In this document: piece after piece, positions 1 to 13,590 of the stretch | Layout of the letters: every line of letters begins with the position of its first letter | How positions within the stretch are numbered: the stretch's first letter is position 1 | Assembly: GCA_028534125.1 (NCBI GenBank) | Contig: CM052816.1 | Span: forward strand, 43,650,001 to 43,714,000 | Direction: 5' to 3' | From: Lama glama | Lineage: Eukaryota | DNA: 64,000 bases | The notes under the pieces: generated by a model | Database searches by the model: none | What the model was told of the DNA's origin: nothing | Seen by the model: only the letters and a program-made list of their open reading frames with translations | Position numbers and translations under genes: made by a program

Positions 1-1014
1 AGCGGCTCTCTTTTAAATGAAAATATCAAGAGGAATACAAAGTAGCAATATGCCCTGGACAGGAATCATTTTAAATATAGGAAAATACCATGAAGAACTT
101 TGTTTAAAGGGTAAACTGTATTTGCTAGGAAATTTTCTGCTGTCTTATTGCTATGCCAGTCAGTTACCAACAAGGGTGTTTTAATTTATGGAAGGCTTAT
201 GGAAGCCTTATATATATTTTTTCACTTACAGATGAGCTAGTTCAACCTTGCTTTCTTTCTCTTATCTGTCATTGAATTCTACAAGTTAAATTTATCTGTC
301 TGCATTTTGAACCTTAGCAGAATGTTTTCCCAAGGAATCCATCCTGTGCAATCATTTAATTAATTAATAGTTAAAATTTTTTTCTAATTGTTATGAATAA
401 AAATGTTTTGAAGAAAAATGGTACAATTCAGGCACAATTGCAAAGAATAGAATCTCTTATAAGCATTTCTTCATTCTCCAAAAAAGAGAAAATCCATTTA
501 ATTGTCATAAAATACAGTGTATACATAAGTTAATTTAGGAGTCAACATCCAGATTTCATATGTAATAGAATCACTTTGAATCTTAGAGTATTCTCAAACC
601 TAGGAGATACTTAGCCACATGACAATGATCATAAAGCATATATTTTACCCATTCGTCATATGGAAAGTATAACAATTTTCTTTATGGCAGAGGTGGGTCT
701 TAATAACTTAGGGATAACTAGCACATAGGAAATACTTATTGATTGAGTGGATTGCAGAAATTGCCTGTGACCATCTATCAAAGGGGAGACTAAAGTTACA
801 GCTGGAATGACAGTTTAGGGGGTGGAAATAGCCCAGTGAAAGTTCTAAAATAAACTAGTTATTTTGGTCTAGTGAGCATGGTTGTGGAGAATAGGTAGTC
901 ATAGGATACAAAAAAATCCTGGGTATCTTAGTTTCGCCTCCGGTTTTTTTTAACTAAAAACTTTTCGCCCATGTTCCCTGGCTTTCTCTTCAGTGTCTTC
1001 CTGTATCTTTGCAC

Positions 1015-1305
1015 TGTTTAATGCAGACATGGCCTTTTGATGTGGTTTGGCCAAGGAAATAATGAGCAGAAGTGAGGTGTGTCATTTCCAGCAGAAACCT
1101 GCAGAGCTGGGGCAGAGTTTGCCTCTTCTCTTTCCCTCTGCACGGCAGTCAGCAAAGTTCTAGATATAGGGCGAAGGGAAGCCAGGTCACAGCTGACTTG
1201 TGACATACACACTAGTGTGCATGGGAAACAGACGTCTGTTATCGCTAGCCTTTGGTGTTTTGTGACTGTCTTTTACCCATAAAACATGGCTTTCCCTGAC
1301 AGAAA
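1015..1305 (+). mobile_element. MaLR LTR fragment (MLT1I/MLT1J-like)
   Basis: 'tttggccaaggaaataatgagcagaagtgaggtgtgtcatttcc...ttccctctgcacggcagtcagcaaagttctagat' follows my recalled MLT1I/J consensus through to its 3' end. Confidence 0.75.
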
Positions 1306-1379
1306 TGTGATCTGTATCCTTGCAGCATGACCCGAAGAATGTGATTTTGCGAGCTTTGGGATGAAATTAGCTGTCATCT

Positions 1380-1760
1380 TCCTGCTACCCCATCTAGGAG
1401 CCTACTTGCCTCCACACCCATCTGTTCCTTCTTCTCTCTTTGTTGAACAGAGTGAACCTACTCTGAACAATGGCCAAGACCTCGACTTGGGCTTTGGACC
1501 CCCTCTCCTCCCAAATGTCTAATTTTGCCCTGCTTCTTAGCAGGATTTCAGTGAGGTGTCATTCCCTCCCTCATGAAGGACCCTTTACTTAGCTTCCAGG
1601 ACACTTTTCTGGCCTACTTCTGTGGTTGGCTCTTTCTTCTTTACTCACTTGTAAAATGTGTCAAAAGCAGAACTCCTATAGGTCAGCACTGAGTCCTCTT
1701 CCTGACAATCCGCACATTGTCTTCGTGTATTGAATTTTGTCCCATGACAACTATTGTTTT
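1380..1760 (+). mobile_element. Degenerate L2 LINE internal fragment
   Basis: Pyrimidine-rich segment with 'cttagcttccaggacac...ggcctacttct' and 'ggtcagcactgagtcctcttc' resembling L2 sense-strand consensus; highly diverged. Confidence 0.45.
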
Positions 1761-1899
1761 GAGAGTTGCTGTTTTGACATTCCCACTGAGAAATACTCAA
1801 AAAAGCCCCATTTGTATATGCTTTCTTATTTCCCACTTCAAAACATTTTTCGTGAAATTTCAGGCAGAATTTATAATGTCGTTATTTTAATTCCCTCAT

Positions 1900-2330
1900 T
1901 TAATCCTTAAAAAAACTATTGATCATCCACAGTGTGCCAGGCACTATAATAAATGTTAGGAATATAAAAATGAATCAGATAGAATTCTCACTCTCAAAAA
2001 AGGGCTTAGAGGGGAGGAAGTATGCACACATTTATGGTAAAATGAGTAAAATGAGAGCATTTCTAATAATGTACCTTGTATAACACATGGTGGGAACATA
2101 AAGGAAAGCATCTAGGTTTTCTGGGGCAGTAAGAGAAAGATTTCCAGAGGAAGTTATATTTGGGCTAAAACATAGTCAAACAGGAATTTATAGAAGCAAG
2201 GAAGAGGAAACATTATTCCTAAAGGCAGGGAGATGTGAGGAGGCCTGTCATGTGTAGGGAATTTAAAATCGTTCAATATTTTTACAAAGAATATGTGAGG
2301 TGGGAGCAGAGTAAGGGCTGAGGTTGGACG
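1900..2330 (-). mobile_element. L2 LINE 3' end (antisense)
   Basis: Diagnostic reverse L2 tail 'tattgatcatccacagtgtgccaggcacta...atgaatcagatag...ctctcaa' followed by purine-rich L2 body. Confidence 0.8.
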
Positions 2331-2332
2331 TA

Positions 2333-2390
2333 GGGACTGGCCCGGGACAGGACGGAGGGACTGGCCTGGGACAGGGACTGGCCCGGGACA
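2333..2390. repeat. Short tandem repeat, 3 copies of 17-mer GGGACTGGCCYGGGACA
   Basis: Copies at 2333-2349, 2357-2373 and 2374-2390, read directly. Confidence 0.9.
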
Positions 2391-4849
2391 CGTTCTTTCA
2401 GCCTTGGGCTGACACTTCTGAGCCCTCTCCAGTGTTTCTGTTTACTCCGTCCCAATCCTACATGCGTGGGTCCTAGCAGCCTGAGGGGAGGGACCACATA
2501 AACAATTCTAAAAATTTTGAGACAGGAAGCACTGCATTCTGTCATATTTCTAGTCTTCATATTCTTCTGTTGTATCTGTCTGATTGCATTCTAGTCTTTT
2601 ATTTTCTCTTTACTTCATTTGGGTTTGAGTAGCACTTTTCTGGAAAGACAGATGCTTAAAGTTTTAATGTTTTTGACAACTACCGTTACTATTTGTAATA
2701 GTCTAACTCCAGTCCTTTACCTTTAATACTGGAGGGAAGTAATATTCTGAATACTGAATGGCTCTGTGAAGACTAAACTTTCTTGGTTTCAATATGGATA
2801 AACCCAGTTATAAAATGTTTGAGAGCTCAGTACTAGAAGAAAATCCCAGCTGGTGTAGGGTGAATTAGCAAGTTACTGCAGTTTTCCTGACAGAACCCAG
2901 TAGAAGTGCAGGCATCTGGGTGACTTTGCACTGTTTGAGTAATGGCAAACATGACAATTTCTACCACTTTATTATGTTTACATTCTAAGCCTATGTTTAT
3001 TGATATTTCTTGCTATGCTCATGATGAATAAGATTTTTTAAAAATTAAAAATGGCAAAACCAGTATACATACATGGACTCCTTAATGTTCAGCGCCTTCC
3101 AGATCAGTACAACAAGAATATCTGAAACTAACTCAGGGAAGGCAGTTTTGTTTCTAAATATTGTAATATAAATAGTATTTAAAATATTTAAATTTCAGGA
3201 TGCAAAATTCTGAGTGGTGTGAAAAATGGTTTGACTTTGTTTTACCTTTAAAAAAACTCTCCTATTTTCAGTTCTTTATTTACAATAGGATGAAAAATTG
3301 ATTATGAACAGGGCCTTCTACATGAGATCTTAAACTTCATGGATGAATATGTTGGGGTGAATCAAACAGTTTCACGGACAAACCTTCCCCATGGAGTGCT
3401 AGCAGGCACCATTGTCTTACTTGAATTATTTTATAGTTGCAACTGAATGGACTCTGATAACTTCTCCAGTAAATTAGTCATTCTAGTGAACTGCCTACAG
3501 CATTTTTGTGAGAGCAGTAGTACCAAGAACAAAGAGACATTATTGGTATGAATCAGATTCTGTCCTGTGACTTCAAAACTAAGTTGAAAAAAATGGGATG
3601 ATAGGAAGGAAAGTAGCCTAATTTTCTGAAGATAGAGGCAGTTTGTAAAATGACTCTAAATATACAGCAATTTCTTCTCTGCTGAGCTCTCACCCATTCA
3701 AATGCTCATGATAATTTTCCATTAGCATTTGATAGACTAGGACTGGGTGGGTGGCCACTGACATGTAAGTTGGCTCCACTGAAATAAAGTCTCATTGCTC
3801 ACATAGAACTTGAGCTACTAGGCACAGAGATAGTTTTTAAATACCTACTCTTCCCACCCCTCCAACAACATGTGTCAGGACACCCTCAGGACTGAAGAAG
3901 TCTACACTCCAGATTATGTAAGGAGAGACTAAACAGTGTGAAAGATGATTTAAATAAAAAGCTAAGTAATTATGGGCTTCTTTTTTTCCCATAGTGCTGA
4001 CGCATCCTCTCAGCGTTAGGTAAAGTGTTTTGGGATATTCATTAAGGATTCCAGGCCACTGGAGCACTACTAAGTTCGTTAATTTCTACTAGGAAGCCTC
4101 ACATGTATTACTCTAGTTGAGTGGGTACTGGGAAATCTGGTTCATTATTTCTGATAATGGAAAATATATTTTTCTGCAATGGCAGCTACACAGCTCACAA
4201 TTGTGGATATTGAGGAATTAGGCATTAGCTTTTCCAGATGTCTAGGGTTGCAGTCTGTATCTCTTACATGTTACTGTTCTAACAAAGCAGCTAGTACACT
4301 GTCAAAGAGCTTAGCTTGTTGGAAGATGGGAAGGTCCCAAGTGCAGAGAAAAGTTTGACTCAGGCCTTAAAATGAAATTAAATGAGAAAAACAAATGGTT
4401 TTTCATTTGCCTGTTGGGTTAAAACAAAGTTAAATACATAAAAATTTTAAATTAAAATATTTATTTATTGTTTGTTAAAACTTTTAAAAATTTACTTTCT
4501 ATGTTGTTTGAGATATAGATCAATCTTATTTATTAATGTTAATATAAAAAAGTATTAACATTTGGTATTTATAAGTAGTATTCTAAACATTATAGGGGAT
4601 AAACTGTTTAAGAGTCAGGAGATGTTCAGGTCTCTCAATATCGTTTTGCTTCTAGTCGTGGAATGGTACCAAATTACCACAAAGCAAATCATACAGGACT
4701 TACAGATACTCAGTAAGTATCTGTAGCAAGGACTGGTTCTAAAAGCTTGCTCTGATGTTTGAAATCCATTCTTTGTGGTGGCCTGCATTAATTGCAGTTG
4801 AGATAAAGAAATACTTTGTTATTTTATACAGGAAGGAATAAAAATAATT

Positions 4850-5107
4850 ATATAGTTAGAAATGTTGCAGTATGTATAACCTGCTCATTCATTCTTTAAT
4901 TATGTTTCTTGAGAAGGCCCAAAGAATATTCTCTTCAATGAGGCATTGAGAACTGCATTGATGGAGGGTTACCAGACTTCTTTAGAAAATCCGTAGTGGC
5001 TGCCCTCTGTGAGAGGGGGTCATGGTAGGTGCTGCCCCAGTAAAAATGGACTTCTTGTTTTCATTGGGGTTGAAAGGATTTAGAGTGGCAGAAGCATTTA
5101 ATCACCA
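4850..5107 (+). mobile_element. ERVL/MaLR-class endogenous retrovirus internal (gag) remnant
   Basis: From 4913 it translates EGPKNILFNEALRTALMEG and, after a frameshift, SVVAALC, matching recalled ERVL Gag 'EGPEDTPFTKALRNALVRG...SVVAVLC'. Confidence 0.75.
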
Positions 5108-5129
5108 CTTTAAATCAGTAGTGGGGGTT

Positions 5130-7035
5130 GAATTTTATTAAAAATTCTTGGTATCTATTGAGGTTATAGTATCATTTTTTTCTTTAACCTACTTCTTATA
5201 CTGAGTTACTGTAATAATATTTCTAGGGTTACATCAGCCTTTCATTTCTATGATAGCCTATTTGATAACAGTATTTTATTTTGTGGCTGGGTTATGGGAT
5301 TCATTTATTAATAATATCTTGAATTTCTATAATAAGCAAAATTGGACTACAATTTTATTTTGTCTTATCCTTGTCCAATTTTTGCTATCAGACTTTTGCT
5401 CGCCTTGAAGAACATGTTGGGCAGACTTTCACATTTCCCTATTTTTCTATGCTTGTGGGGATTATCTGTTCTGGGAAGGGTTTACTATGTATGACTTTTC
5501 CATAAAATCATCTGAGTTTGGTACCGTTTTAGACATAAACTTAAAAATTTTCTTCTACAGTAATTATTCTGTTCAGATTTTCCACTACTTCTTGAAACAT
5601 TTTGGGTCATTTTACAATCCATTTCCCTGAGGTTTTCCTTGGTATAAAACAGAACATTCTCAAATAGTTATTTATAGAAAGGATGCGAGGGTAGTAAAAT
5701 TTTTGAGTCTTGGCTTTTCTGAATATGCCATTATTGTCTTCTTATACTTGATTAAAGGTTTAGCGGGGACAAGAATTAGATTTAAAGAAATGTCCTTCTG
5801 GTTCTTTGAAAGCATTGCTCCACTGTCTTCTAGAATAAGTTGTTGCTGAGAAATCTGATAAAAATATACTGAATCTCATTCCTTTATAGGTCACCTGTTT
5901 ACTTGTCTATGGAAACTGTAGGATTTTCCCTTTCTTTGGAGTTCGGAAACTCCTCTATGATTTATCTTTATGAGCATCTTTTTTTTTTTTTTCCTTTCAT
6001 TCTGTTGAGCCCTAGTTAGGCCCAAAGGCATGCATATTCTTTCAGCTCTGGGAAATTTTCTTCTAGAATTTTCTTGATTATTTTCTTTCCTTCATTGTGT
6101 CACTTGTTACTCCTTCTGTAAATCTAGTGCAGTGGATACTGGAATTTATACTTCTATTATCTCTGTGTCTTAGATTTATTTTTTACAGTGTTATCATCAC
6201 TTTGTTCTTTTGTAACATGTTTTGGAAGAATCTTTCAGGTTCCTCTTTCAATTTGTGAATTCATCCCTTAGCTATGTTTCATTCCATTTAACTTTAGAAA
6301 CTACTACTTAAATTTTTTTTAACAATTATATTTAAAATTTCTAGGATCATTAATTGTTTCTATTTTTTTGTGTATGAAATGTCCTTTTGAAGTTCTTAAA
6401 TATGCCAAGTACACATATTTGAAATGTTTGTTTTCTCTACTAGGCAAACTTAATTCTCAGCTGTTAATTCTTTATTTTGATGATTTTGCTGTCTTTATCA
6501 TGCTGATAAATTCGTCAAGTGTTTGCTGATTATTCTCTTGCTGCTCATTTTTGTGTTTAAATATTCTTATTTACAGTCTATAGATTGTCTGGTGATTCTA
6601 GGGGAGAGACCATACCTACTGCTGTATGAGGTGTGCAGGTTCTCCAGGAAGTAGGGGTTCCTATTCTTCCTGGCTTTGCTATCTGTCAAAACATTGCCCT
6701 TCCAGAACTAATACATGTATTTATTGCTTTAGCTGCAACTTCTGGGAAAACACCTCTGCTGCCTACTATCCTGGGCAGTGGGCAATCAACCGAATGATTT
6801 TCCCGGTACCTTCCTAGCTGGGCCCAGAGGACCCCTGGGATTGCTTTCCTTTTTTGCTTATGTGATTGATTATAGTCTGTTTTTCAGTAATTCCTGAAAT
6901 ATTCTAGTCTACTAATGACACTCTCATTTTTCACTGATGTGCATTAATACATTTTAAAAGTATATTTTCTATCATTCCAACGACTTATGGTCAGAAGGGG
7001 AAAAAAATGTGTGTACTCAGTATGACATTTTGGTC
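5130..7035 (-). mobile_element. Ancient L1 (L1ME/HAL1-like) antisense: ORF2 piece (about 5130-5640), ORF1 and 5' region (about 5660-7035)
   Basis: T-rich strand. The reverse complement near 5350-5430 gives LPNMFFKASKSLIAK, similar to L1 ORF2 LPNSFYEASITLIPK. 'gcattgctccactgtcttctag...ttgctgagaaatctga' is the typical antisense ORF1 signature. Confidence 0.75.
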
Positions 7036-7229
7036 AAATATTATCTCCATTCCTTTGAACACTTTATTGTCTTGGTCTGGTGTTACCAATATTCTCAGGT
7101 CTGCACAACACATTCCTTTTCATCTTTCAGAGTCCAAAAAAGTGAAGTCAGGCTGAGGGAAGGATGGTCACATCATACACAAGACCGTGACACTGGGGCT
7201 CCTTCCCTCAAAGGCTGGCATTGAATGGA

Positions 7230-10200
7230 TGACTGCCTGAGGCAATAATATAATAAAAAATTACCTGAGATCAAAAGCAGGGAACTGCCCGGTAGAATCA
7301 GAAGATAGAGGATGTGTTCTCTGTAGTACATTTGTATCCAGAAACATGGGAAAAAGTGTAGAAATTTCTGATTGATATTTCCAATGTGATTCAAAAAAAC
7401 ATTCATTAGATTTTAACAACCAACTATGACGATAAAGCAAAGTTGAAACACAGAAGTATTGTGTAGATGTGATAAACACAACTGCTAGATTAGTAACTTC
7501 AAGGGAAGCAGGCTATAAACAATTGTCAGAAAGAAAATCAAATTAGCAAAATAAAAGTGAAACAATAGACATGATAAAATATTACAATTTCAGGAAATGT
7601 ATAAATGAAAATAATAAAAGATTAGTAATACAGACAGACTTATATGATCCAATCTATATATATAAAAAGTGAGAACAGAGTAGATGAGCAAAAGTAATAA
7701 GCAAAGATATAACAGAAGAAGCTGTGTTAGCAAAAGATAGATCTGATTTTTTAGAATATAGAAACAGCTCATGAAGTACTACATATTATAGGTAAATTAC
7801 TATATTCTAAAAATAGAGCAAAATTATCAACTATTAGCAGGAAAATCACATTACTTATAAAAAAACCAAAATTTAGGTTGGCTACAGACTTCTCCAAATA
7901 TATTTTTCTGGACCACATCTAAAACAACATGAAAGAGAACATTAAATATAAACTTAGAGATTAAGATAAATCAGACTTACCAAAAAAAAAAAAAAAAAAA
8001 GAAAAAAGAATCCAGAGGAAGCAATATAACCTTAATAAAAAATAGAAATCACAAATAAAAAGCTTGTAATGTGATGTTTTTATATTGATAAAAGCTAATA
8101 CCCACAATAAAATTATAACAGTCATGAAACATTATGTAACTAAAAAGATAATATCAAATTATATATAGCATAAACTATTAGAAATACATGGAGAGACTGG
8201 AGAGACTGACACAGTTGTAATGGGATGCTTTATCATATACTGTTCATAGTCTTTGATAGATCAAAAGTTAAAAAATAAGTACTGAAAGGACTTGAAAAAT
8301 TCAATGAACATACTTACCTATTTTTATTTATATATACAATATATGGCATATATATATACTAAAAACTTTATAATTTATAAATGTATGTATATAAAAGCTT
8401 TGTATTCTATAAAACAATATTTGCTTTGCAAATTCCTCAAAAACATTTACAAAAAGTGATCAAATGCCAAAACATACACCCTCAAAATCATAATTAAAAG
8501 CAAGTAGTAGAAAATGTGTAAGATACAATTTTAATGGCATTGCTATAAAATGAAAATTTAATTGCACATCTAAACAAAAAATTCACACTACTTGGATATT
8601 AAAGGCAAAATAAAGCATTTTGCCAAAGAGCTCTTGGATTAAAGTAACACTACAGACTTCAGATAGCAGAGAGAGAAAGAAAACTTTCTAAATTAAAACC
8701 TCTGTGATATTTCCAAAGTCATAATTTGAAGGCAAATTTATAGCTTAGAACTCCTTGCTTCCTAAACAAAACAGAATGAAAATCAATTAATATTTAAACC
8801 AAAAAGTTTCAAGAAAAACAATACAGACAAGAAACCTGGGAGAAAGAATATGATTTAATCAGTGGTTTGTTCTTAGGAAACAACAAGAAAGGCAGAATAA
8901 CTAACACAAAAACTTCTGGCATAGCCAAACAAGAACAAAAGGAAGGGAAATTAAATATAGAAGCTTGTAGTTTATAAAGGGGGATATATCAATACATATA
9001 TCAGTAGATGGGAGAGTTTAAACATTTTAAGAAAATTTTGCACATTATTCTGTGCTAGTAAATTAAAAAAAAAAACCAAACCTCAGTGAAATAGGTAAGT
9101 TCCTGACAAGTTATAAGTTATCAAAATTGGTCTGATAAGAGGTGGAAAATTTAAGTAGACCTACAACTGTTGGGAAAAAAAAAAAACCTAAGAAGTAGAT
9201 TCAGTTTTTAACTTTGTGTTTAAAGTTGCGCCAATGAAAAATACCCGTAGTATATATAAGTTGATTGGGAGCATATAAAGAGAGAGAACATCTTTCAAGT
9301 CATTTTATGAAGTCAGTAAAATTTGATGATGAAGTATGACGAAGTTAGTGCAGCAGTGGAAACTACAGGTTAATCTCATCACTGTAATACATGGATGCAA
9401 ATATGCTAAATAAATATTGGAGATTAAAAATAGAAACATATTTAAATAATGAAACGCCATAACCCAAACTAGTTTTTCATCCTCAAATAAAATAATAATT
9501 CATGATGATTTGACATATTAATTTGGACATTATGTCATAGGTTGCTGAATAAAAGTAATATGATCATTATGAGTGATGCCTAATGTATTCATTTCATATT
9601 GCTTTTGTGACAAATTACCACAAATTCAATGTCTTGAAACAACACAGATTTATTATCTTACATTTATTTGGGGAGAGCAGGAGCTCTAAAATCAAAGTGT
9701 TGACAGGGCTGCATTCCTTATGGAGGCTCTAGGGAAGAATCCATTTTTATGCTTTTCCAGCTTCTAGAGGCCACCTGCATTCTTTGGCTCATGTCCTCTT
9801 CCTCTTATTCTTCCAGTTTCTTCTTCTGTCATCACATCTTTGCTGACTCTGACCCTCTTGCTTTCCTCTTGCACAAAACCCTTATGATTACACTGAGGCC
9901 ACCTGGATAATCCGGGATAATTTCCTCGTATCACGATCCATAATTTAACCACATCTGCACAGTACATTTCACTGTGTAAGGTAACATAGTAGCAGGTTTT
10001 GGGGATTAGAATGTGGACATCTTTGGGGCTATTATTTTGTTTACCAAACTCTCAAAGAATCTAATTAATTTTAACATCTCTTCTGGTCAAATTCTTATCA
10101 AACCAGGACCAGAAGCATATTTTGTTAAAATTGTGAAGCATTTGCATTACCAACTGTCACCATCTTATTTTGTGTTGAAACTTCTAAGCATTGGAGATGT

Positions 10201-10510
10201 TCTCAGTAAAATTAGGAATAAGATGAAAATGACTGCCATCTTGCTATTAATATTGTTCGGAAAACGGTAAGCAATGACACAAATAAATAGGACTGGAGCT
10301 CCAATTTAGAAAGGAGATTCAGTTTTCCTTATTTTCCAGTGATGTCACTGTAGACCTAAAAGGCAGAAGAACTGATTGAAAACTGTTAGAATTAATACAG
10401 AGCTTAATGAAATGACTGGACTCTGAAGAAATAAACAAAAACTAAACGACCAAATAAATAAATAAACAGTATTTACTATACTGACAGAAAAAGCTTTATT
10501 TCGAGCAACA
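7230..10510 (+). mobile_element. Ancient degenerate L1 (L1ME-like): ORF1, ORF2 endonuclease and RT remnants, interrupted by MLT1C
   Basis: A-rich. About 8080-8230 reads YILIKANTHNKIITVMKHY...TVVMGCF, similar to the L1 EN domain. About 9290-9420 matches SFYEASITL...ENYRPISL..DAKILNKIL. The L1 sequence continues collinearly across the LTR. Confidence 0.8.
9584..10048 (-). mobile_element. Solo MaLR LTR, MLT1C-like, near full length
   Basis: Begins 'tgtattcatttc...acaaattaccacaaa...aaacaacacagatttattatcttaca' and ends 'cacatctgca...taaggtaacata...ggggattagaatgtggacatctttgggg...ttacca'. Confidence 0.9.
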
Positions 10511-10574
10511 AAAAGAGGCCCTTTGTCTGCAGGGACTAAAAAAGACAGGGAGAAGATGAAGTTGGAGGCGTAGA

Positions 10575-11372
10575 CCGATAACTTTCAGACGTTTTAGTGT
10601 CAGGCATCCTTAATACTATTAAGTACTGAGAATACTGCCTAGCGTTTGTTGATGTGGGTTGTATCTATGGATATTTACTAAATTGAGATTAAAATAGAGA
10701 AATTAAAAATATTTAATGATAAAAATAATAGTACACCCATATATGTTAAAAATAATAACACGTATTTTATGAAAAATAAGTGTATTTTCCAAACTCCTTC
10801 AAAATACAGCGAGAAGAGTAGTGGAGTTTACATTTTTCCAAATCTCTTTAATGCTGGACTGTTAAGATGACAGCTGAATTTTCATGTCTGCTTCTACATT
10901 CACTGTGCTGTGAAATGCTGTTTTGGTTAGAGTGTATGAAAAAAGTCTAACCTTATACAGATATGTAGTTGGAAAAGGGAGACGTATCTTAATAACCTTT
11001 CAGAGAGTTGTGGATATTCTCCTTTGACCTTGGCAAGTGGTAATTTCTTCGTGTTGCAATGAGGAGTATGAAATGATATTAATGAACTTTTTGTACGGTT
11101 TCATTAAAATCCATCGGCCTGTCTCACACTTTGAATGCATCTTTTACCCATGCATGATTTTGCAACATCATGCCTCAATCACTTGGAAAATATTTGTAAA
11201 CTAAATTTGCAGATCTTCCATATGTTAACATATTTCATTAGACAGTATCTAAAGATCACATTTGATAATTCTACTGCTGATCTCATCAGAAGAGTTTTTT
11301 AAGTACTAGGAAGGTGTTAAGCTCATAGGGGCAGATATAAGTTTTCTGAAAGTCTAGTTTTTGCTTGAAAGC
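10575..11372 (-). mobile_element. hAT DNA transposon Charlie1/Charlie1a fragment with transposase C-terminal remnant
   Basis: Minus strand near 10870-10980 encodes PFPTTYLY..LFS...NVEADMKIQLSS (hAT dimerisation domain PFPTTYLCEAGFS...EADMRIQLSS); long match to recalled Charlie1 consensus. Confidence 0.88.
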
Positions 11373-11619
11373 ATTAAGATTTTGGGATTGATTGCTACTG
11401 CAGCCTACACCAAAATTATCTGACCAATATGGAGGTACCAGGATACCTTCAAGCTGGTTGTTTTTATCTTTACAATCAATGTTTCATGATCCTTAGGAAA
11501 AAATAAACTGTTAGTGATGCTTAGGCTGTAAATTGGAAGCACACGTGCATCTCTGGCCCCTCAATAGTTCATATAAATTATAATGAACATTTGAAAACTA
11601 TGGTAAGAAACAAAACATT

Positions 11620-12145
11620 TATTTGACAGTATATGGAAGGATGAATTGGAAGTGAGTGAGTGGGGAAGGAAAACCGGAGGAAAAAATATATTTTAGTAAC
11701 TTAATTACAATAGGGCCTAATTAGGGTGAGGTTAGTAGGAATGAAAATGATGAAATGTATTCAAGGCATTGCTTGTGTATGTCTTAGTTTTTATCATTAT
11801 TATTACTGCAAAAAAGGGTGTAAAAGAACTTGATCAGAGGTTGAATACTGGGTAAAAGGAAGAGAACTCATAGGTGGTTCCAAGATTTTATTCTGTGAGA
11901 AGCAGCAAATTTTGGTTTTGAAATTGAGATGGTTTAGAGAAAGTCTGGATTAAATGGTAGTCATGGCATAGATGGTGTTTATAGCCACAGGAGCTAGATG
12001 AGGTTATCTAAAGCCTGAGTGTAGGTAGAGAAAAGAAGTCACAAAATTGAGGCTCTAAGTTTTCCAAGGTTTAGAGGTTGGGGAGATGCAACAGAATCAA
12101 CAAAAAGAGTGAGAAGGAACAGGCAGTGAGATAGAAGGAAAATAC
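11620..12145 (-). mobile_element. L2 LINE internal fragment (antisense)
   Basis: 'gtcatggcatagatggtgtttatagccacaggagctagatgag...ggtttagaggttggggag...gagaaggaacaggcagtgagatag' matches reverse L2. Confidence 0.75.
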
Positions 12146-12149
12146 CATT

Positions 12150-12679
12150 GGTCTCCCCTGTCCTGTCCCAGCCTCCACAGCAGCAGGCAGCTCCGCGTGG
12201 GCCCTGACTGATGTCATGCAGGTGCAGCCTGACAGCACCCACCCAGTGCCCTTGTGGGCCTCTCACCCCCTGCACAGGTGTTGACTGCCAGGCGTGGGGA
12301 ACTGTATCACCCGCTGGGTGCTGGGGTCTACATGTGTGCAACTAGGAAATGTGGAGGGAGTTAATAGGGTGATGTTAAGCCTGGGGTAAAACCCGTGGAA
12401 GGCAGGAGTGGGTGGAAAAAGTTCCCCCTTTTGCCTCCTCCAATAGCTGTTTGGAGAAGCTGAGTATAGAGTTTCTAGGATGTTGGAACACTCAGTTGCA
12501 CTTAGCAGCACCCACCTTCAAATGCATTGTCAAATCCTGGGGGTCTTCTTCTCCTTCCCTGTCGCACTCCTTCGTCCCTCACTCCGGCTCCCAGCTCCCA
12601 GGGTTGCTCTCCCGGATAAAGGAGGAGCCCGCAAGCCCTCAGCTGCAGGTGCTGCCCTTTGGGAACCCAGACTGAGACA
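12150..12679 (+). mobile_element. ERVL solo LTR, LTR33-like
   Basis: 'gcaggtgcagcctgacagcacc', 'ggaaatgtggagggagttaa', 'ctccttccctgtcgcactcc...ccctcactccggctccc' and the terminal 'gggaacccagactgagaca' match recalled LTR33/LTR16 consensus. Confidence 0.8.
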
Positions 12680-13059
12680 AGCGCATATCCCTTCTAGGCT
12701 CTGCGAACTCTAACAAAGGAATAAAACTTTGCTTAAACAAATCATTTCTCCTCTGAATAAGCATCAAGAGAACCTGACACATATTCTAGCTTCAGATTAG
12801 AAGCTGTAATTTTTCTTCCTTAACATTGACTTTTAATGAGATATGATTTTAGTTATTGGTTACTGTTTATGAACTTCAGTACTAAGGTTGCATTTTGTGG
12901 CAATTTAGACACAATATACATGATTATTCTGATTAAAAAGTTAAAAAGTAAAACAAAGTCCAGTTATGTTTATTATACTTTACATAATATGTACTAAGAG
13001 TTACTATTTTCCTTTTTCTTAGTTTTGCCTAGTAAAAATATTAAGACTTCATGATTCTT

Positions 13060-13590
13060 TCATGGATTACTAAATAGCCTCTTAGCTCACTTCCCTGTCT
13101 CTGATTTCCCCTCTTCTAGCCCTACATGTTTTTCTCAGTGATTTTTTTTTTTAAAACAGAGTTGATCTGCTTGTACTTCTCTGCTTAAAAGCCTTCAATA
13201 GCTTTTCATTGCCAAAAAATTAAGCCCAGACTCTTAGGATGACCTATAACTTGCTCTCCTCTCTTTCCAACCTCCTTAAGCCCCATGCCTCGTGCTCTGT
13301 ACATATTTAGTTATTCGTGGTTCTCTTCACTGGCCGCACTGTTTTGGTCCTCAGGCTCAGACCTGCTCGAGTGTCTCCTCTTTGGCAAAATGTTCTTCTT
13401 CTGTGCCTTGTTGGATTTGATCACCCTCTCTTCTAGGGAAATATACTTTGTTCTTTCCTCTTTTATAGTGGGAATCACATTGTACTATTACAATGATTTG
13501 TTTGCATAACTCTCTCGTCTACAAGACAAGCCGTTGCTCATTTGTGTATGCTCAGCCCTTGCTAGCTCATAGTTCATCAGAGATGACAGT
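13060..13590 (+). mobile_element. L2 LINE 3' region
   Basis: 'ctgcttaaaagccttcaatagcttttcattgcc', 'aagcccagactctta', and a decayed tail. Confidence 0.75.

Noticed and set aside
4701..4725. 10-bp perfect hairpin TACAGATACT/AGTATCTGTA
   Set aside because: Roughly one such hit is expected by chance in 64 kb of AT-rich DNA.
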